Assembly: GCA_040902335.1 (NCBI GenBank)
Contig: JBBDXL010000194.1
Coordinates: 1 to 62,833, forward strand
Source of the DNA: Burkholderiales bacterium
Lineage (GTDB): Bacteria > Pseudomonadota > Gammaproteobacteria > Burkholderiales > SG8-39
DNA: 62,833 nt
Reading direction: 5' to 3'
In this document: positions 9,454 through 24,697 of the stretch, piece after piece
How the letters are laid out: each line of letters starts with the position of its first letter
Position numbering within the stretch: the stretch's first letter is position 1
The notes under the pieces: generated by a model
The model's database searches: none
What the model saw: the letters and a program-made list of their open reading frames with translations, nothing else
What the model was told of the DNA's origin: nothing
Made by a program: the position numbers and the translations under genes

Positions 9454-11235
9454 ATGTCCGTGTACGTCGCCCCGCTGAAGGACATGAGATTCGTGATGCA
9501 GGAGCTTGCCGGCCTCGCCGAGGTGGGGAAGCTGCCCGGTTACGAGGAGGCGACGCCGGACACGGTAGACGCAATACTTGAGGAAGCTTCGAAGTTCTCT
9601 TCGCAAGTCCTTGATCCACTGAACTATAGTGGTGACCTTGAGGGCTCCAGATGGAGCGACGGCGCGGTCAGCACGCCCAAGGGCTTCAAGGAGGCTTACC
9701 GCAAGTACGTCGAGGGCGGCTGGGCCGCGCTGCCCTTCGGCGCCGAATGGGGTGGGCAGGGCCTGCCCAAGCTCGTCGCCACCGCGGTCGAGGAGATGCT
9801 GACCTCGGCCAACATGTCGTTCTCGCTCTGCCCGCTGCTCACGCAAGGGGCGATCCACGCGCTCGAGCTCGCGGGCTCCAAGGCGTTGCAGAAGACCTTT
9901 CTCGGCAAGATGGTCGCCGGCGACTGGACCGGCACCATGAACCTCACCGAGCCGCAGGCGGGCTCGGACCTCGCGCTGGTGCGCTCGAAGGCCGTGCCCG
10001 AGGCGGACCACTACCGCATCTTGGGGCAGAAGATCTTCATCACCTACGGCGAGCACGACCTCGCCGAGAACATCGTGCACCTCGTGCTGGCGCGCACGCC
10101 CGACGCGCCCGAGGGCGTGAAGGGCATCTCGCTGTTCGTGGTGCCGAAGTTCCTGGTCAAGCCCGACGGGTCCCTGGGCGAGCGTAACGGCGCGCGCTGC
10201 GCCTCGATCGAGCACAAGCTCGGCATCCATGCCAGCCCCACCGCGGTGATGGTGTACGAGAACGCCGTCGGCTACCTCGTGGGCGAGGAGAACAAGGGCC
10301 TCGCGTACATGTTCATCATGATGAACGCCGCGCGCTTCAGCGTCGGCCTGGAAGGCGTGGCGATCTCGGAGCGCGCCTTCCAGCGCGCGCTCGCCTACGC
10401 GCGGGAGCGCGTGCAGGGACGTGACCTCAACGGCGGCGGCACGGTGCCGATCATCCGCCATCCCGATGTGCGCCGCATGCTCATGCTGATGAAGTCGCAG
10501 ACCGAGGCGATGCGCGCGCTCGCCTACGTGGTGGCGGCGGCGCTCGACGTCGCCGCACGGCATCCGGACGAGAAGATGCGCCAGCAGAACCAGGCGTTCG
10601 TGGACCTGATGATTCCGGTGGTGAAGGGCTGGAGCACCGAGACCGGGATCGAGGTCGCCTCGCTCGGCGTGCAGGTGCACGGCGGCATGGGCTTCATCGA
10701 GGAAACCGGCGCGGCGCAGCACCTGCGCGACGCGCGGATCACCACCATCTACGAGGGCACCACCGGCATCCAGGCCAACGACCTCGTGGGCCGGAAGATC
10801 GCGCGCGATGGCGGGGCGACGGCCAAGGCCTGGCTCGAGCATCTCAAGACCTTCGACGCTGAGCTGGCCGAATCCGGCAACGCCGACGTGAAGGCGATCC
10901 GTGGCGCGCTCGCCGCGGGCGCCGCGGCGGTGGGCGAAAGCGTGGACTACATCGTCGCCCACGCGGGCAAGGACATGGTGGCGACCTTTGCCGGCGCGGT
11001 GCCGTTCCTGAAGCTCATGGGGGTGGTTGCTGGCGGTTGGCAGATGGCGCGCGCTGCGCTCGCCGCCGAGAAGAGCCTGGGCGCCGGCGACAAGGCCTTC
11101 CTCGAGGCCAAGCTCGCCACCGCGCGCTTTTACGCCGACCAGGTCCTGGTGCAGGCGCCGGCGCTGCGCGACACGGTGGTGAGGGGCGCCAGCGCAGTGA
11201 TGGCGGTTCCGGAAGACTCGATGCTCGCGGCTTAG
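9454..11235 (+). CDS. Large (FadE-type) acyl-CoA dehydrogenase with C-terminal extension
   Basis: 593 aa. Motifs [21 protein letters not shown] and [13 protein letters not shown]. Adjacent to etfBA and ETF-QO. Confidence 0.9.
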   Translation: MSVYVAPLKDMRFVMQELAGLAEVGKLPGYEEATPDTVDAILEEASKFSSQVLDPLNYSGDLEGSRWSDGAVSTPKGFKEAYRKYVEGGWAALPFGAEWGGQGLPKLVATAVEEMLTSANMSFSLCPLLTQGAIHALELAGSKALQKTFLGKMVAGDWTGTMNLTEPQAGSDLALVRSKAVPEADHYRILGQKIFITYGEHDLAENIVHLVLARTPDAPEGVKGISLFVVPKFLVKPDGSLGERNGARCASIEHKLGIHASPTAVMVYENAVGYLVGEENKGLAYMFIMMNAARFSVGLEGVAISERAFQRALAYARERVQGRDLNGGGTVPIIRHPDVRRMLMLMKSQTEAMRALAYVVAAALDVAARHPDEKMRQQNQAFVDLMIPVVKGWSTETGIEVASLGVQVHGGMGFIEETGAAQHLRDARITTIYEGTTGIQANDLVGRKIARDGGATAKAWLEHLKTFDAELAESGNADVKAIRGALAAGAAAVGESVDYIVAHAGKDMVATFAGAVPFLKLMGVVAGGWQMARAALAAEKSLGAGDKAFLEAKLATARFYADQVLVQAPALRDTVVRGASAVMAVPEDSMLAA

Positions 11236-11441
11236 GAAATCGGGGTCAGAGCCCGATTTCCGTTCCCGGGCCGGCGACGCGAACATTCCGGTGCCTGCGT
11301 TTGACGTTCCAGGGTCTCGTGCTTTCTGGCCGGGTGAATCTTCCGGCCCAAAAGCACGAGATCGTTTTGAACTGCAACGGCACCGCGAGAACGCACGCCT
11401 CGTCGCTTGCCCAAGGAAATCGGGCTCTGACCCCGATTTTC
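11235..11441. repeat. REP/MITE-like element: two copies of a 27-nt hairpin in inverted orientation flanking a 153-bp core that has its own long stem-loop
   Basis: GGAAATCGGG-gtcagag-CCCGATTTCC at 11235-11261. Its reverse complement (one mismatch) is at 11415-11441. Central imperfect ~20-bp stem at 11313-11364. Fills the gap between two convergent stop codons. Confidence 0.7.
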
Positions 11442-12951
11442 ACTTTAGCCCAAAGAAGCGCTGGATTCGCTCCAGCAGCGCCGGCTGCGCCGGCTCGGGC
11501 GGATGCGCCATCGCTTCGGCAGCTTCGGCGCGCGCCGTCTCCAGTTCCGGCTTGCGGGTCGCGATCACTTTGCTCACTTCGTTGGCGAGCTCCGGCCGCG
11601 CCAGCAATAGCGCCTGGAACGAGGCGCGGTCCAGGCGGTAGCACTCGACGTCGGTCTTCGCCATCACGGTGGCGTTGCGCGACTCGCCGGCGAGCAATCC
11701 CATCTCGCCGAAGAACTGGCCCGGGCGCACGGTGCCGATGACGCGCGGCGCGCGCCCGGGCTGCTCGAAGCGCACTTCGGCCTCGCCGAACGCGATGACG
11801 TACAGCCAGTGCGCGATCGAGCCCTGCTTGGTGATGATGTCGCCGCGCGCGAAGGGCGCGTACTGCAGGCGCTCGGCGACGAAGTTCTTCTCCTCGTCGG
11901 AGAGCGGCGCGAGCAGGTCGACCTGCTTCAGCATGATGAGGCGGCGCTGCAGCTCGCGCTGGCGCACGCTCTCGGCGTGCGCCTCGTCCTTCGCCACTGC
12001 GAGCACCGTGCGCTGCTCCTCGGCGACGCGCAGCCCGGCGCGCTGCAGCGAGGCGAACAGGTGCACGCGCACCGCCGAGTCGGTGTACTCGTCTTCCTGC
12101 AGGTCGGTGAGGAAGTAGCGCAGCTCGTAGAGCAGGTTGCCGGCTTCGAAGCCGACCAGGATGCAGCTCGGCGCGGGCGCGCGCGCCACGTTGGCGATCA
12201 TGATCTCGCGCATCTCCTCGTCGATCAGCGTGATCACGCGCGCGGGCGGCACAGCGGGATCGATCATGAAGCGGATGCCGCGGCGCCACTGCAGCGGCGC
12301 GCCTTCGCGCCGGCCGAGAATCGTGAAGCGGTTCTTCATCAGCAGGCTGTTGGGGATCACCACGGTCTGCCAGTCGCGGGTCTCGACCGCGGTGGAGCGC
12401 CAGCGGATGTCGATGACCCGGCCGCTCAAGCCGTCCATCTGGATCCAGTCGCCGACGCGCACCGAGTTGTCGAGCTGGATGGCGAGGCCCCCCAACACGT
12501 TGCCCAACGTGTCCTGCATGGCGAAGGCGAGGATCGCGGTGATGATCGCGGAGGTGGCAATGATGCCGGTGAGGTCCACCCCGGCGAGCCGCAGTTGCGA
12601 CAGGCCGTACACCGTGTACACGACGATGATCGCCAGGTCCTCGATGATGCGCGGCAGCGGCCTGCCGAGCTTGGGCAGCACGAGCCGGAAGAGCGCGAAG
12701 CCGGCGATGCGAATGAGCGCGATCGTCCAGACGATGCGGAACAGGACCTCGAACACGCGCGCCGCGGTATCGAAGCCGAGCTTGGCCGCGCCGAGGCCCG
12801 CCGCCTGGCCGAGGATGCCGAACAGGAACAGCCACAGCGTGTTCAGATAGCTCGAGCGATCGCCCGGGCGCGCGCGCAGCAGCGCCACCGTCAGCACGAG
12901 CGCGATGACGACGACGTACGGGAGCTCGGAGCTCCAGAAGCGGTTCAGCAC
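11440..12951 (-). CDS. MscS-family mechanosensitive channel fused to a C-terminal cyclic-nucleotide-binding domain (bCNG-type)
   Basis: MscS core (…GNVLGGLAIQLDNSVRVGDWIQMDG…GRVIDIRWRSTAVETRDWQTVVIPNS…) plus a cNMP domain (…FFGEMGLLAGESRNATVMA…). The start is set at GTG 12951 because the longer track ORF would overlap ETF-QO. Start uncertain. Confidence 0.8.
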   Translation of the reverse strand: MLNRFWSSELPYVVVIALVLTVALLRARPGDRSSYLNTLWLFLFGILGQAAGLGAAKLGFDTAARVFEVLFRIVWTIALIRIAGFALFRLVLPKLGRPLPRIIEDLAIIVVYTVYGLSQLRLAGVDLTGIIATSAIITAILAFAMQDTLGNVLGGLAIQLDNSVRVGDWIQMDGLSGRVIDIRWRSTAVETRDWQTVVIPNSLLMKNRFTILGRREGAPLQWRRGIRFMIDPAVPPARVITLIDEEMREIMIANVARAPAPSCILVGFEAGNLLYELRYFLTDLQEDEYTDSAVRVHLFASLQRAGLRVAEEQRTVLAVAKDEAHAESVRQRELQRRLIMLKQVDLLAPLSDEEKNFVAERLQYAPFARGDIITKQGSIAHWLYVIAFGEAEVRFEQPGRAPRVIGTVRPGQFFGEMGLLAGESRNATVMAKTDVECYRLDRASFQALLLARPELANEVSKVIATRKPELETARAEAAEAMAHPPEPAQPALLERIQRFFGLK

Positions 12952-12958
12952 TCGAGCC

Positions 12959-14587
12959 TCACATGTTGGGGTAGTTCGGCCCGCCGCCGCCCTCGGGCAC
13001 CACCCAGACGATGTTCTGCGTAGGGTCCTTGATGTCGCAGGTCTTGCAGTGCACGCAGTTCTGCGCGTTGATCTGCAGGCGCGGCTCGTCGGCGTCGCGC
13101 ACGATCTCGTACACGCCCGCGGGGCAGTAGCGCTGCTCGGGCGCATCGTACAGCGCGAGGTTCACGTTCACCGGCACGCCCGCGTCCTTCAGCGTCAGGT
13201 GCACCGGCTGGTCCTCGGCGTGGTTGGTGTTGGAGAACGACACCGAGGTCAACCGGTCGAAGGTGAGCTTGCCGTCGGGCTTCGGGTAGACGATGGGCTG
13301 CACGTCGCTACGATTCGCCAGAGTCTCGTGGTCCGCGTGCGCATGGCGCAAGGTCCACGGTGCCTTGCCGCCGAAGACGACCTGGTCGATGCCGACCATC
13401 AGTGAACCGGTGTATAGGCCTTTCGACATCCACGGCTTGAAGTTGCGCGCGCGGTAGAGCTCGTCGAACAGCCACGATTGCCGGAACGCTTCCGGGTAGG
13501 CGGCGAGCTCGTCCCGCGCGCGGCCCGCCTTGAGCGCCTTGTGCGCGGCCTCGGCCGCGAGCATCCCGGACTTGATGGCGGCGTGGCTGCCCTTGATGCG
13601 CGAGGCGTTGAGAAAGCCCGCGTCGTCGCCGATCAGGCAGCCGCCGGGAAAGACGATTTTCGGCAGCGACTGCAGCCCGCCGGCGGCGATGGCGCGCGCG
13701 CCGTAGGCGATGCGCTTGCCGCCCTCGAAGGTGCCGCGAATTGCCGGGTGGGTCTTGTAGCGCTGGAACTCCTCATAGGGCGCGAGGTACGGGTTCCTGT
13801 AGCCCAGGCCGACGACGAAGCCTACGGCGACGAGGTTGTTCTCGAAGTGATAGAGAAAGGAGCCGCCGTAGGTCTTGGCGTCCAATGGCCAGCCCGCGGT
13901 ATGCACGACGAGGCCCGGCCGGTGCTGCTCGGGCTTGACCTCCCAGAGCTCCTTCAACCCAAGCCCGAACACCTGCGGATCGACGCCTTCGCGCAGCCGG
14001 TACTTCTTTTCGAGTTGCAGCCCGAGGTGCCCGCGGCAGCCTTCGGCGAAGAAGGTGTATTTCGCTAGCAGTTCCACCCCCGGCTGGAAGGCCTCGGTCT
14101 TCTCGCCCTTGCGGTTTACGCCCATGTCGCCGGTGGCGACGCCGCGCACCGCGCCCCGGTCGTCGTAGAGCACCTGCGCGCCGGCGAAGCCGGCGAAGAT
14201 CTCCACGCCGAGGCCTTCGGCCTGCTGCCCGAGCCAGCGCGTGAGGTTGCCGAGGCTGATGACGTGGTTGCCGTGGTTCTTGAAGCAGGCCGGCAGCAGG
14301 AAGTTCGGCGTGCGGAACGCGCCGGTCTGCGTGAGGAACAGGAACCGGTCCTCGCTCACGGGCACGCCGAGCGGGGCGCCCTTGTCCTTGTGGCCGGGAA
14401 GGAGCTCGTCGAGCGCGCGCGGGTCCATGACCGCGCCCGAGAGGATGTGCGCGCCGATCTCCGAGCCCTTCTCGATGACGCACACCTGCAGCGCGCTCGA
14501 GAGCTGCTTGAGCCGGATCGCGGCGGCGAGGCCCGCCGGGCCGCCGCCCACCACCAGCACGTCGTACTGCATCGATTCGCGGCTCAT
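12959..14587 (-). CDS. Electron transfer flavoprotein-ubiquinone oxidoreductase
   Basis: 542 aa. [16 protein letters not shown] fold. C-terminal 4Fe-4S ferredoxin-like CPAGVYE…[12 protein letters not shown]. Confidence 0.95.
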   Translation of the reverse strand: MSRESMQYDVLVVGGGPAGLAAAIRLKQLSSALQVCVIEKGSEIGAHILSGAVMDPRALDELLPGHKDKGAPLGVPVSEDRFLFLTQTGAFRTPNFLLPACFKNHGNHVISLGNLTRWLGQQAEGLGVEIFAGFAGAQVLYDDRGAVRGVATGDMGVNRKGEKTEAFQPGVELLAKYTFFAEGCRGHLGLQLEKKYRLREGVDPQVFGLGLKELWEVKPEQHRPGLVVHTAGWPLDAKTYGGSFLYHFENNLVAVGFVVGLGYRNPYLAPYEEFQRYKTHPAIRGTFEGGKRIAYGARAIAAGGLQSLPKIVFPGGCLIGDDAGFLNASRIKGSHAAIKSGMLAAEAAHKALKAGRARDELAAYPEAFRQSWLFDELYRARNFKPWMSKGLYTGSLMVGIDQVVFGGKAPWTLRHAHADHETLANRSDVQPIVYPKPDGKLTFDRLTSVSFSNTNHAEDQPVHLTLKDAGVPVNVNLALYDAPEQRYCPAGVYEIVRDADEPRLQINAQNCVHCKTCDIKDPTQNIVWVVPEGGGGPNYPNM

Positions 14588-14593
14588 GCCGGC

Positions 14594-14603
14594 ATTATAT
14601 TAT
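14594..14603. promoter_or_regulatory. Overlapping back-to-back -10-like hexamers in a 22-bp divergent gap
   Basis: Minus-strand TATAAT (14599..14594) lies 6 nt from the ETF-QO ATG. Plus-strand TATTAT (14598..14603) lies 6 nt from the thioesterase ATG. No convincing -35 elements. Confidence 0.3.
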
Positions 14604-14609
14604 CCGGCC

Positions 14610-15031
14610 ATGAGCGAAATCCGACGGCTCGCGCACATCGAGCGCATCCCGATCCGCTGGGGCGACATGGACGCGATGGGCCACGTCAACAACACCCTGT
14701 ACTTCCGCTACATGGAGCAGGCGCGCATCAGCTGGTTCGACCGCCTCGTGCCCGAGGCGGATGCGTGGCACTCCATGGGCATCGTGATCGCGAACGCCTC
14801 GTGCAACTACCGGCGCGCCATCACCTACCCGGGAACGGTCGAAGTGAAGCTTTACGTGGGCGCGCCGGGCGGAGCGAGCGTGCCGACCACCTACGAGCTG
14901 CGCGTGGACGCGGATCCCGTGCCGTACGCCGACGGCGCCGCGGTGGTGGTGTTCATCGACATGCAGACGCAGAAGTCGCGCCGCATCCCCGAAGCGATCC
15001 GCGCGCGCCTGGAGCGCGCCGAGGCGGCCGC

Positions 15032-15035
<4 letters not shown>
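14610..15035 (+). CDS. Acyl-CoA thioesterase, hotdog fold (YbgC/4HBT family)
   Basis: Internal ATG of track ORF 14241..15035. [28 protein letters not shown] is a typical 4HBT motif. Confidence 0.85.
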
Positions 15036-16945
<1,910 letters not shown>

Positions 16946-16994
16946 CGGCGGGGGAGTTCCTGTAGACTCCTCCATCCCTACACGCCGTGGGTAG

Positions 16995-20803
<3,809 letters not shown>

Positions 20804-20804
20804 A

Positions 20805-21086
20805 ATGAAGATCCTGGCCGGCGTCCTCGGCGCGCTCATCCTGCTCATCCAGTACCCGCTGTGGCTGGGCAAGGGCGGGTGGCTGCGCGTGTCGGTGATC
20901 GATAGCCAGCTCTCGGCCCGGCAGGCGAAGAACGGCGAGTTCGAGGCCCGCAACGTGGCCCTGGAAGCCGAGGTGCGCGATCTCAAGCAGGGGCTGGAGG
21001 CGATCGAGGAGCGCGCGCGCTACGAGCTGGGCATGATCAAGTCGAACGAGGTATTCTTCCAGGTCGTCGAGGAAGGCAGGAAGTAG
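20805..21086 (+). CDS. ftsB: Cell division protein FtsB
   Basis: 93 aa. N-terminal TM then coiled coil; …ERARYELGMIKSNEVFFQVV…. Conserved position after eno. Confidence 0.9.
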   Translation: MKILAGVLGALILLIQYPLWLGKGGWLRVSVIDSQLSARQAKNGEFEARNVALEAEVRDLKQGLEAIEERARYELGMIKSNEVFFQVVEEGRK

Positions 21087-21098
21087 GAAGGCCCCGCC

Positions 21099-22457
21099 AT
21101 GAACCTGCACGCGAAGCTCCAGGAACGCGAGGCGCAGGGCAGGCCGCTGCGCGTCGGAGTGATCGGCGCGGGCAAGTTCGCCACCATGTACATCGCGCAG
21201 GTGCCGCGCACGCCGGGCGTGCACCTGCTGGGCATCGCCGACCTGAATCCTGCGTACGCGAAGGCCAACCTCGAGCGCACGGGCTGGGCGCCCGAGCATT
21301 TCGGCGCGCCGTCGCTCGATGCGGCGCTCAAAGAGCGGCGCACGCATCTTGGCGAAGACTGGCGCGCGCTGGTGTCGCACCCTGCAATCGACATCGTCAT
21401 CGAGGCGACCGGAAACCCGCTCGCCGCCGTGGAGCATGCGCTCGAGGCCTTCCGCCACGGCAAGCACGTGGTGATGGTGACGGTGGAGGCGGACGCGTTC
21501 TGCGGACCGCTCCTCGCGCGGAAAGCGTCGGCAGCGGGCGTGGTGTACAGCCTCGCCTACGGCGACCAGCCGGCGCTCATCTGCGACCTCGTGGACTGGG
21601 CGCGCGCCGCGGGCTTTCCCGTGGTGGCGGCGGGACGCGGCCACAAGTGGCAGGCGCACTATGCGCAGTCGACGCCGGAAACGGTGTGGGGCTACTACGG
21701 GCTCACGCCGGAGCAGGCGAAGATCGGCGGCTTGAACCCGAAGATGTTCAATTCCTTCCTCGACGGCTCGAAGCCGGCCATCGAGACGAGCGCCGTGTGC
21801 AATGCCACCGGATTGACGCCTGCGCCGGGTGGTCTCGCGTACCCCGCCGGCCGCATCGACCAGATTCCCAACCTCATGCGCCCGCGCGCCGAGGGCGGCG
21901 TGCTGCACCACAAGGGCCAGGTGGAAGTAGTGTCTTCGCTGCAGCCGGACGGCACCCCGGTCGACTACGACATCCGCTTCGGCGTGTGGGTGGCGTTCGA
22001 GGGCGAAAGCGAATACATCCGCCGCTGCTTCGCCGAGTACGGGGTGAAGACCGACGACAGCGGCCGCTACGCCTGCCTGTACAAGCGCTGGCATCTCATC
22101 GGGCTCGAAGTCGGCATTTCGGTCGCCTCGGTGGGGCTGCGCGGCGAGCCCACGGGCTGCGCCACGGGATTCCGCGCCGACGCCGTGGCGACCGCCAAGC
22201 GCGCGCTGCAGCCGGGCGAGCTGCTGGACGGCGAGGGCGGGTACACGGTGGTCGGCCGGCTCATGCCCGCCGCCGATTCTCTGGCGCAGGGCTGCCTGCC
22301 GCTCGGCCTGGCGCACGGCTGGAAGGTGCTGAAGCCCGTGGCGGCCGGCCAGCCGGTGCGCTGGAGCGACGTTGCCGTGGACGCAAACGCCGCGGCGGTC
22401 AAGCTGCGCCGCGAGATGGAAGCCGCGTGCGGCGCGCAGGAGCGCCATGCCGCCTGA
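21099..22457 (+). CDS. NAD(P)-binding, homoserine-dehydrogenase-like oxidoreductase with C-terminal SAF domain (COG4091-type), function unknown
   Basis: 452 aa. Rossmann N-terminus LRVGVIGAGKFATMY. C-terminal SAF-like segment (…AKRALQPGELLDGEGGYTV…). Confidence 0.65.
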   Translation: MNLHAKLQEREAQGRPLRVGVIGAGKFATMYIAQVPRTPGVHLLGIADLNPAYAKANLERTGWAPEHFGAPSLDAALKERRTHLGEDWRALVSHPAIDIVIEATGNPLAAVEHALEAFRHGKHVVMVTVEADAFCGPLLARKASAAGVVYSLAYGDQPALICDLVDWARAAGFPVVAAGRGHKWQAHYAQSTPETVWGYYGLTPEQAKIGGLNPKMFNSFLDGSKPAIETSAVCNATGLTPAPGGLAYPAGRIDQIPNLMRPRAEGGVLHHKGQVEVVSSLQPDGTPVDYDIRFGVWVAFEGESEYIRRCFAEYGVKTDDSGRYACLYKRWHLIGLEVGISVASVGLRGEPTGCATGFRADAVATAKRALQPGELLDGEGGYTVVGRLMPAADSLAQGCLPLGLAHGWKVLKPVAAGQPVRWSDVAVDANAAAVKLRREMEAACGAQERHAA

Positions 22458-22698
22458 GAACGCAGCGCGCTTTCTCACCAAGTTCGCCTTCAGGATCCGC
22501 ACCCGGAGCGGCACGCCGGTGGAGAACCTGATGGTGCAGGCCGCCGACCGCGCGCAGGCCGAAGGCCGCATCAAGCAGATGTATCCCTACTGCGAGATCG
22601 TCGAGTGCCGCGAGCTGACGGCGATGCCGCGCGACGAGGCGGCGAGCCTGGACAGCATCCTCACGATCATTGCCCGGGACGAGGGTGAGCCGCGATGA
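22447..22698 (+). CDS. Hypothetical 83-aa protein, translationally overlapped with the SAF-domain gene
   Basis: ATG 22447 lies 11 nt inside the upstream gene end. Strongly GC3-biased codons, non-repetitive sequence (…KFAFRIRTRSGTPVENLMVQAADRAQAEGRIKQMYPYCEIVECRE…). No family recognised. Confidence 0.5.
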   Translation: MPPENAARFLTKFAFRIRTRSGTPVENLMVQAADRAQAEGRIKQMYPYCEIVECRELTAMPRDEAASLDSILTIIARDEGEPR

Positions 22699-23452
22699 AC
22701 CCCGAGGCGAGCAGTTCGTCGAGCAGCGTGTCGTAGTCCTTCGCGCCCTTGCTGTCCGGGGCGTGCGCGAAGACGTCCTTGCGCACGGACGGGCTCTCGG
22801 CCAGGGAGACGTTCTCCGAGATGCGCGTGCGGCAGATGTCGGCGTCGAAGCGCGCCTGCAACTCTTCGGCGATCTGGTGCGAGAGCTTGCGCCGGGTGTC
22901 GAAGCGCGTGATCAGGTAGCGCCGCTCGATGCGCTTCTTCAGGACATGCTCGAGCGCCCTCAAGGTCTTCTCGCACTGCTGCACCCCTTTGAGCGCCAGG
23001 TAGTCCGCGGATACCGGGATCAGCACCCGGTCCGAGGCGAAGATCGCCGACAGCGACAGCACGCCGAGCACCGGGCAGCAGTCGATGACGATCGGCCGGT
23101 CGGTGTTGAGGTTTTCGCGCACGATGCCCAGGTTCAGGCGGTTGAGGACGTTGGCCCCCTTGCCGTAGTGGGTATCCACCTTGGAGAGCTCGACGTGCGC
23201 GGAGATCGCGAGCCAGCCGCCGGTGGCCGGGCGGATGAGCTGGGTGAGGGGCTTCGACAACTGGTAGAAGCCGAACACCGAATCGTCGGAACGCTCGACG
23301 GTGGCGCCGCAGACGTAGGACAGGTGTGCCTGCGGGTCGAGGTCGATCGACAGGGGATTGAAGCCGCGGCGGGCCAGCGCCGCGGCGAGGTTCAGCGAGG
23401 TCGTGGTCTTGCCGACCCCGCCCTTCTGGTTGAATACGGCGATCTTGGCCAT
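22667..23452 (-). CDS. ParA/MinD-superfamily ATPase (orphan ParA-like)
   Basis: Deviant Walker A in MAKIAVFNQKGGVGKTTTSLNLA, DLDPQ, IVIDCCP (Walker B-like). 261 aa. GGGAG Shine-Dalgarno upstream. Confidence 0.85.
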   Translation of the reverse strand: MAKIAVFNQKGGVGKTTTSLNLAAALARRGFNPLSIDLDPQAHLSYVCGATVERSDDSVFGFYQLSKPLTQLIRPATGGWLAISAHVELSKVDTHYGKGANVLNRLNLGIVRENLNTDRPIVIDCCPVLGVLSLSAIFASDRVLIPVSADYLALKGVQQCEKTLRALEHVLKKRIERRYLITRFDTRRKLSHQIAEELQARFDADICRTRISENVSLAESPSVRKDVFAHAPDSKGAKDYDTLLDELLASGFIAAHPRPGQ

Positions 23453-23498
23453 GCGGTGCTCCCGGATGACGCTACCTACGGGGAGCGCCGCCTGTCAA

Positions 23499-23891
23499 TC
23501 AACTATTGCCTCGATCCTTGAAGACTTCCTTCGCGCAGCGGAACGCCACCACGGCCGCCGGCACGCCGCAGTAGATCGCCACCTGCAGGAACACCTCGCG
23601 GATCTGCTCCTTGGTCAGGCCGTTGTTGAGCGCCCCGTTGATGTGCAGCTTCAACTCGTGCTCCTTGCCCAGCGCCGAGAGCATGGCGAGGTTCAGCAGC
23701 GAGCGCGTCTTGCGGTCCAGGCCGGGCCGGTTCCAGATGTCGTTCCAGCAATAGGTGTTGAGCAGGTCGACGAACGGCTTGCTGAAGTCGTCGGTGGCCG
23801 CCATGGCCTTGTCGACGTACCCGGCGCCGAGCACCTCGCGCCGTGTTTTCAGGCCGTCGTCGAACCGCTCTTTCTGGCTGCGCTTGTCCAT
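23499..23891 (-). CDS. Carboxymuconolactone decarboxylase (CMD/PcaC-like) family protein
   Basis: 130 aa. …WNDIWNRPGLDRKTRSLLNLAMLSALGKEHELKLHINGALNNGLTKEQIREVFLQVAIYCGVPAA… is a classic CMD-family core. Confidence 0.85.
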   Translation of the reverse strand: MDKRSQKERFDDGLKTRREVLGAGYVDKAMAATDDFSKPFVDLLNTYCWNDIWNRPGLDRKTRSLLNLAMLSALGKEHELKLHINGALNNGLTKEQIREVFLQVAIYCGVPAAVVAFRCAKEVFKDRGNS

Positions 23892-23903
23892 CCCGGTCTC
23901 CGT

Positions 23904-24677
23904 TCAGATGAGGTCTTCGTAGTGTATGTCTGCCCGGCGCAGCAGCGCGTCGAAGGGCAGTCCGCCCGGACGCGGGTCGGTATTGAAGCCCTGGCTGCGT
24001 GCCGGGGTTTCGTCGAGTACGCGCCGGGCGATGGGGAGATTCTCGCCGCGCATGGCGTCGGTCGCTACCTGGATTTCGCAGGCGCGCTGCAGCCCCCAGT
24101 AGGTCAGATAGGCCTGCGGGATGCTCGGGCAGGCCACCAGCAGCCCGTGGTTGCGCAGGATGAGGATCGGCTTGTCGCCGAGGCTCTGCACCAGCCGGGG
24201 CTGCTCGGCCTCATCGGTGGTGACGCCTTCGAAGTCGTGGTACGCGACCTTGCCGTAGAGGAACGCGCTGTAGAAATTGTCGTAGCGCAGGCCCTCCTTC
24301 TTGCACGCCACCGCGCTGCCTGCCGTCGAGTGGGTATGGATGATGCAGTGCGCGTCCTCGCGCGCGCCGTGGACGGCGCTGTGGATCACGAAGCCCGCAA
24401 TGTTCACCGGGTACCTCGAGCCGTCCATGACCTCGCCGGCCAGGTTGATCTTCACCAGGTTGGTCGCGGTGACCTCGTTGTAGTTGAGGCCGTAGGGGTT
24501 GATCAGGTAGTGGCGCTCGGCGCCGGGCACGCGCGCGGTGATGTGGTTGTAGATCGACTCGGTCCAGCCCAGCCAGTCGAAGGCGCGATAGAGCGCGCTC
24601 AGTTCGAGACGCACCCGCCATTCCTCTCCGTCCATTGCTGCGGGCTTGAGGCGCAGCAGTTTTTCGCTCAGGTCCAT
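23904..24677 (-). CDS. Class II aldolase/adducin-family protein
   Basis: 257 aa. …HITARVP…YLINPYGL…, IHTHSTAG metal-site motif, …ILRNHGLLV…. Confidence 0.85.
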   Translation of the reverse strand: MDLSEKLLRLKPAAMDGEEWRVRLELSALYRAFDWLGWTESIYNHITARVPGAERHYLINPYGLNYNEVTATNLVKINLAGEVMDGSRYPVNIAGFVIHSAVHGAREDAHCIIHTHSTAGSAVACKKEGLRYDNFYSAFLYGKVAYHDFEGVTTDEAEQPRLVQSLGDKPILILRNHGLLVACPSIPQAYLTYWGLQRACEIQVATDAMRGENLPIARRVLDETPARSQGFNTDPRPGGLPFDALLRRADIHYEDLI

Positions 24678-24697
24678 GGCGGCCTCCTTGTCTTCGA

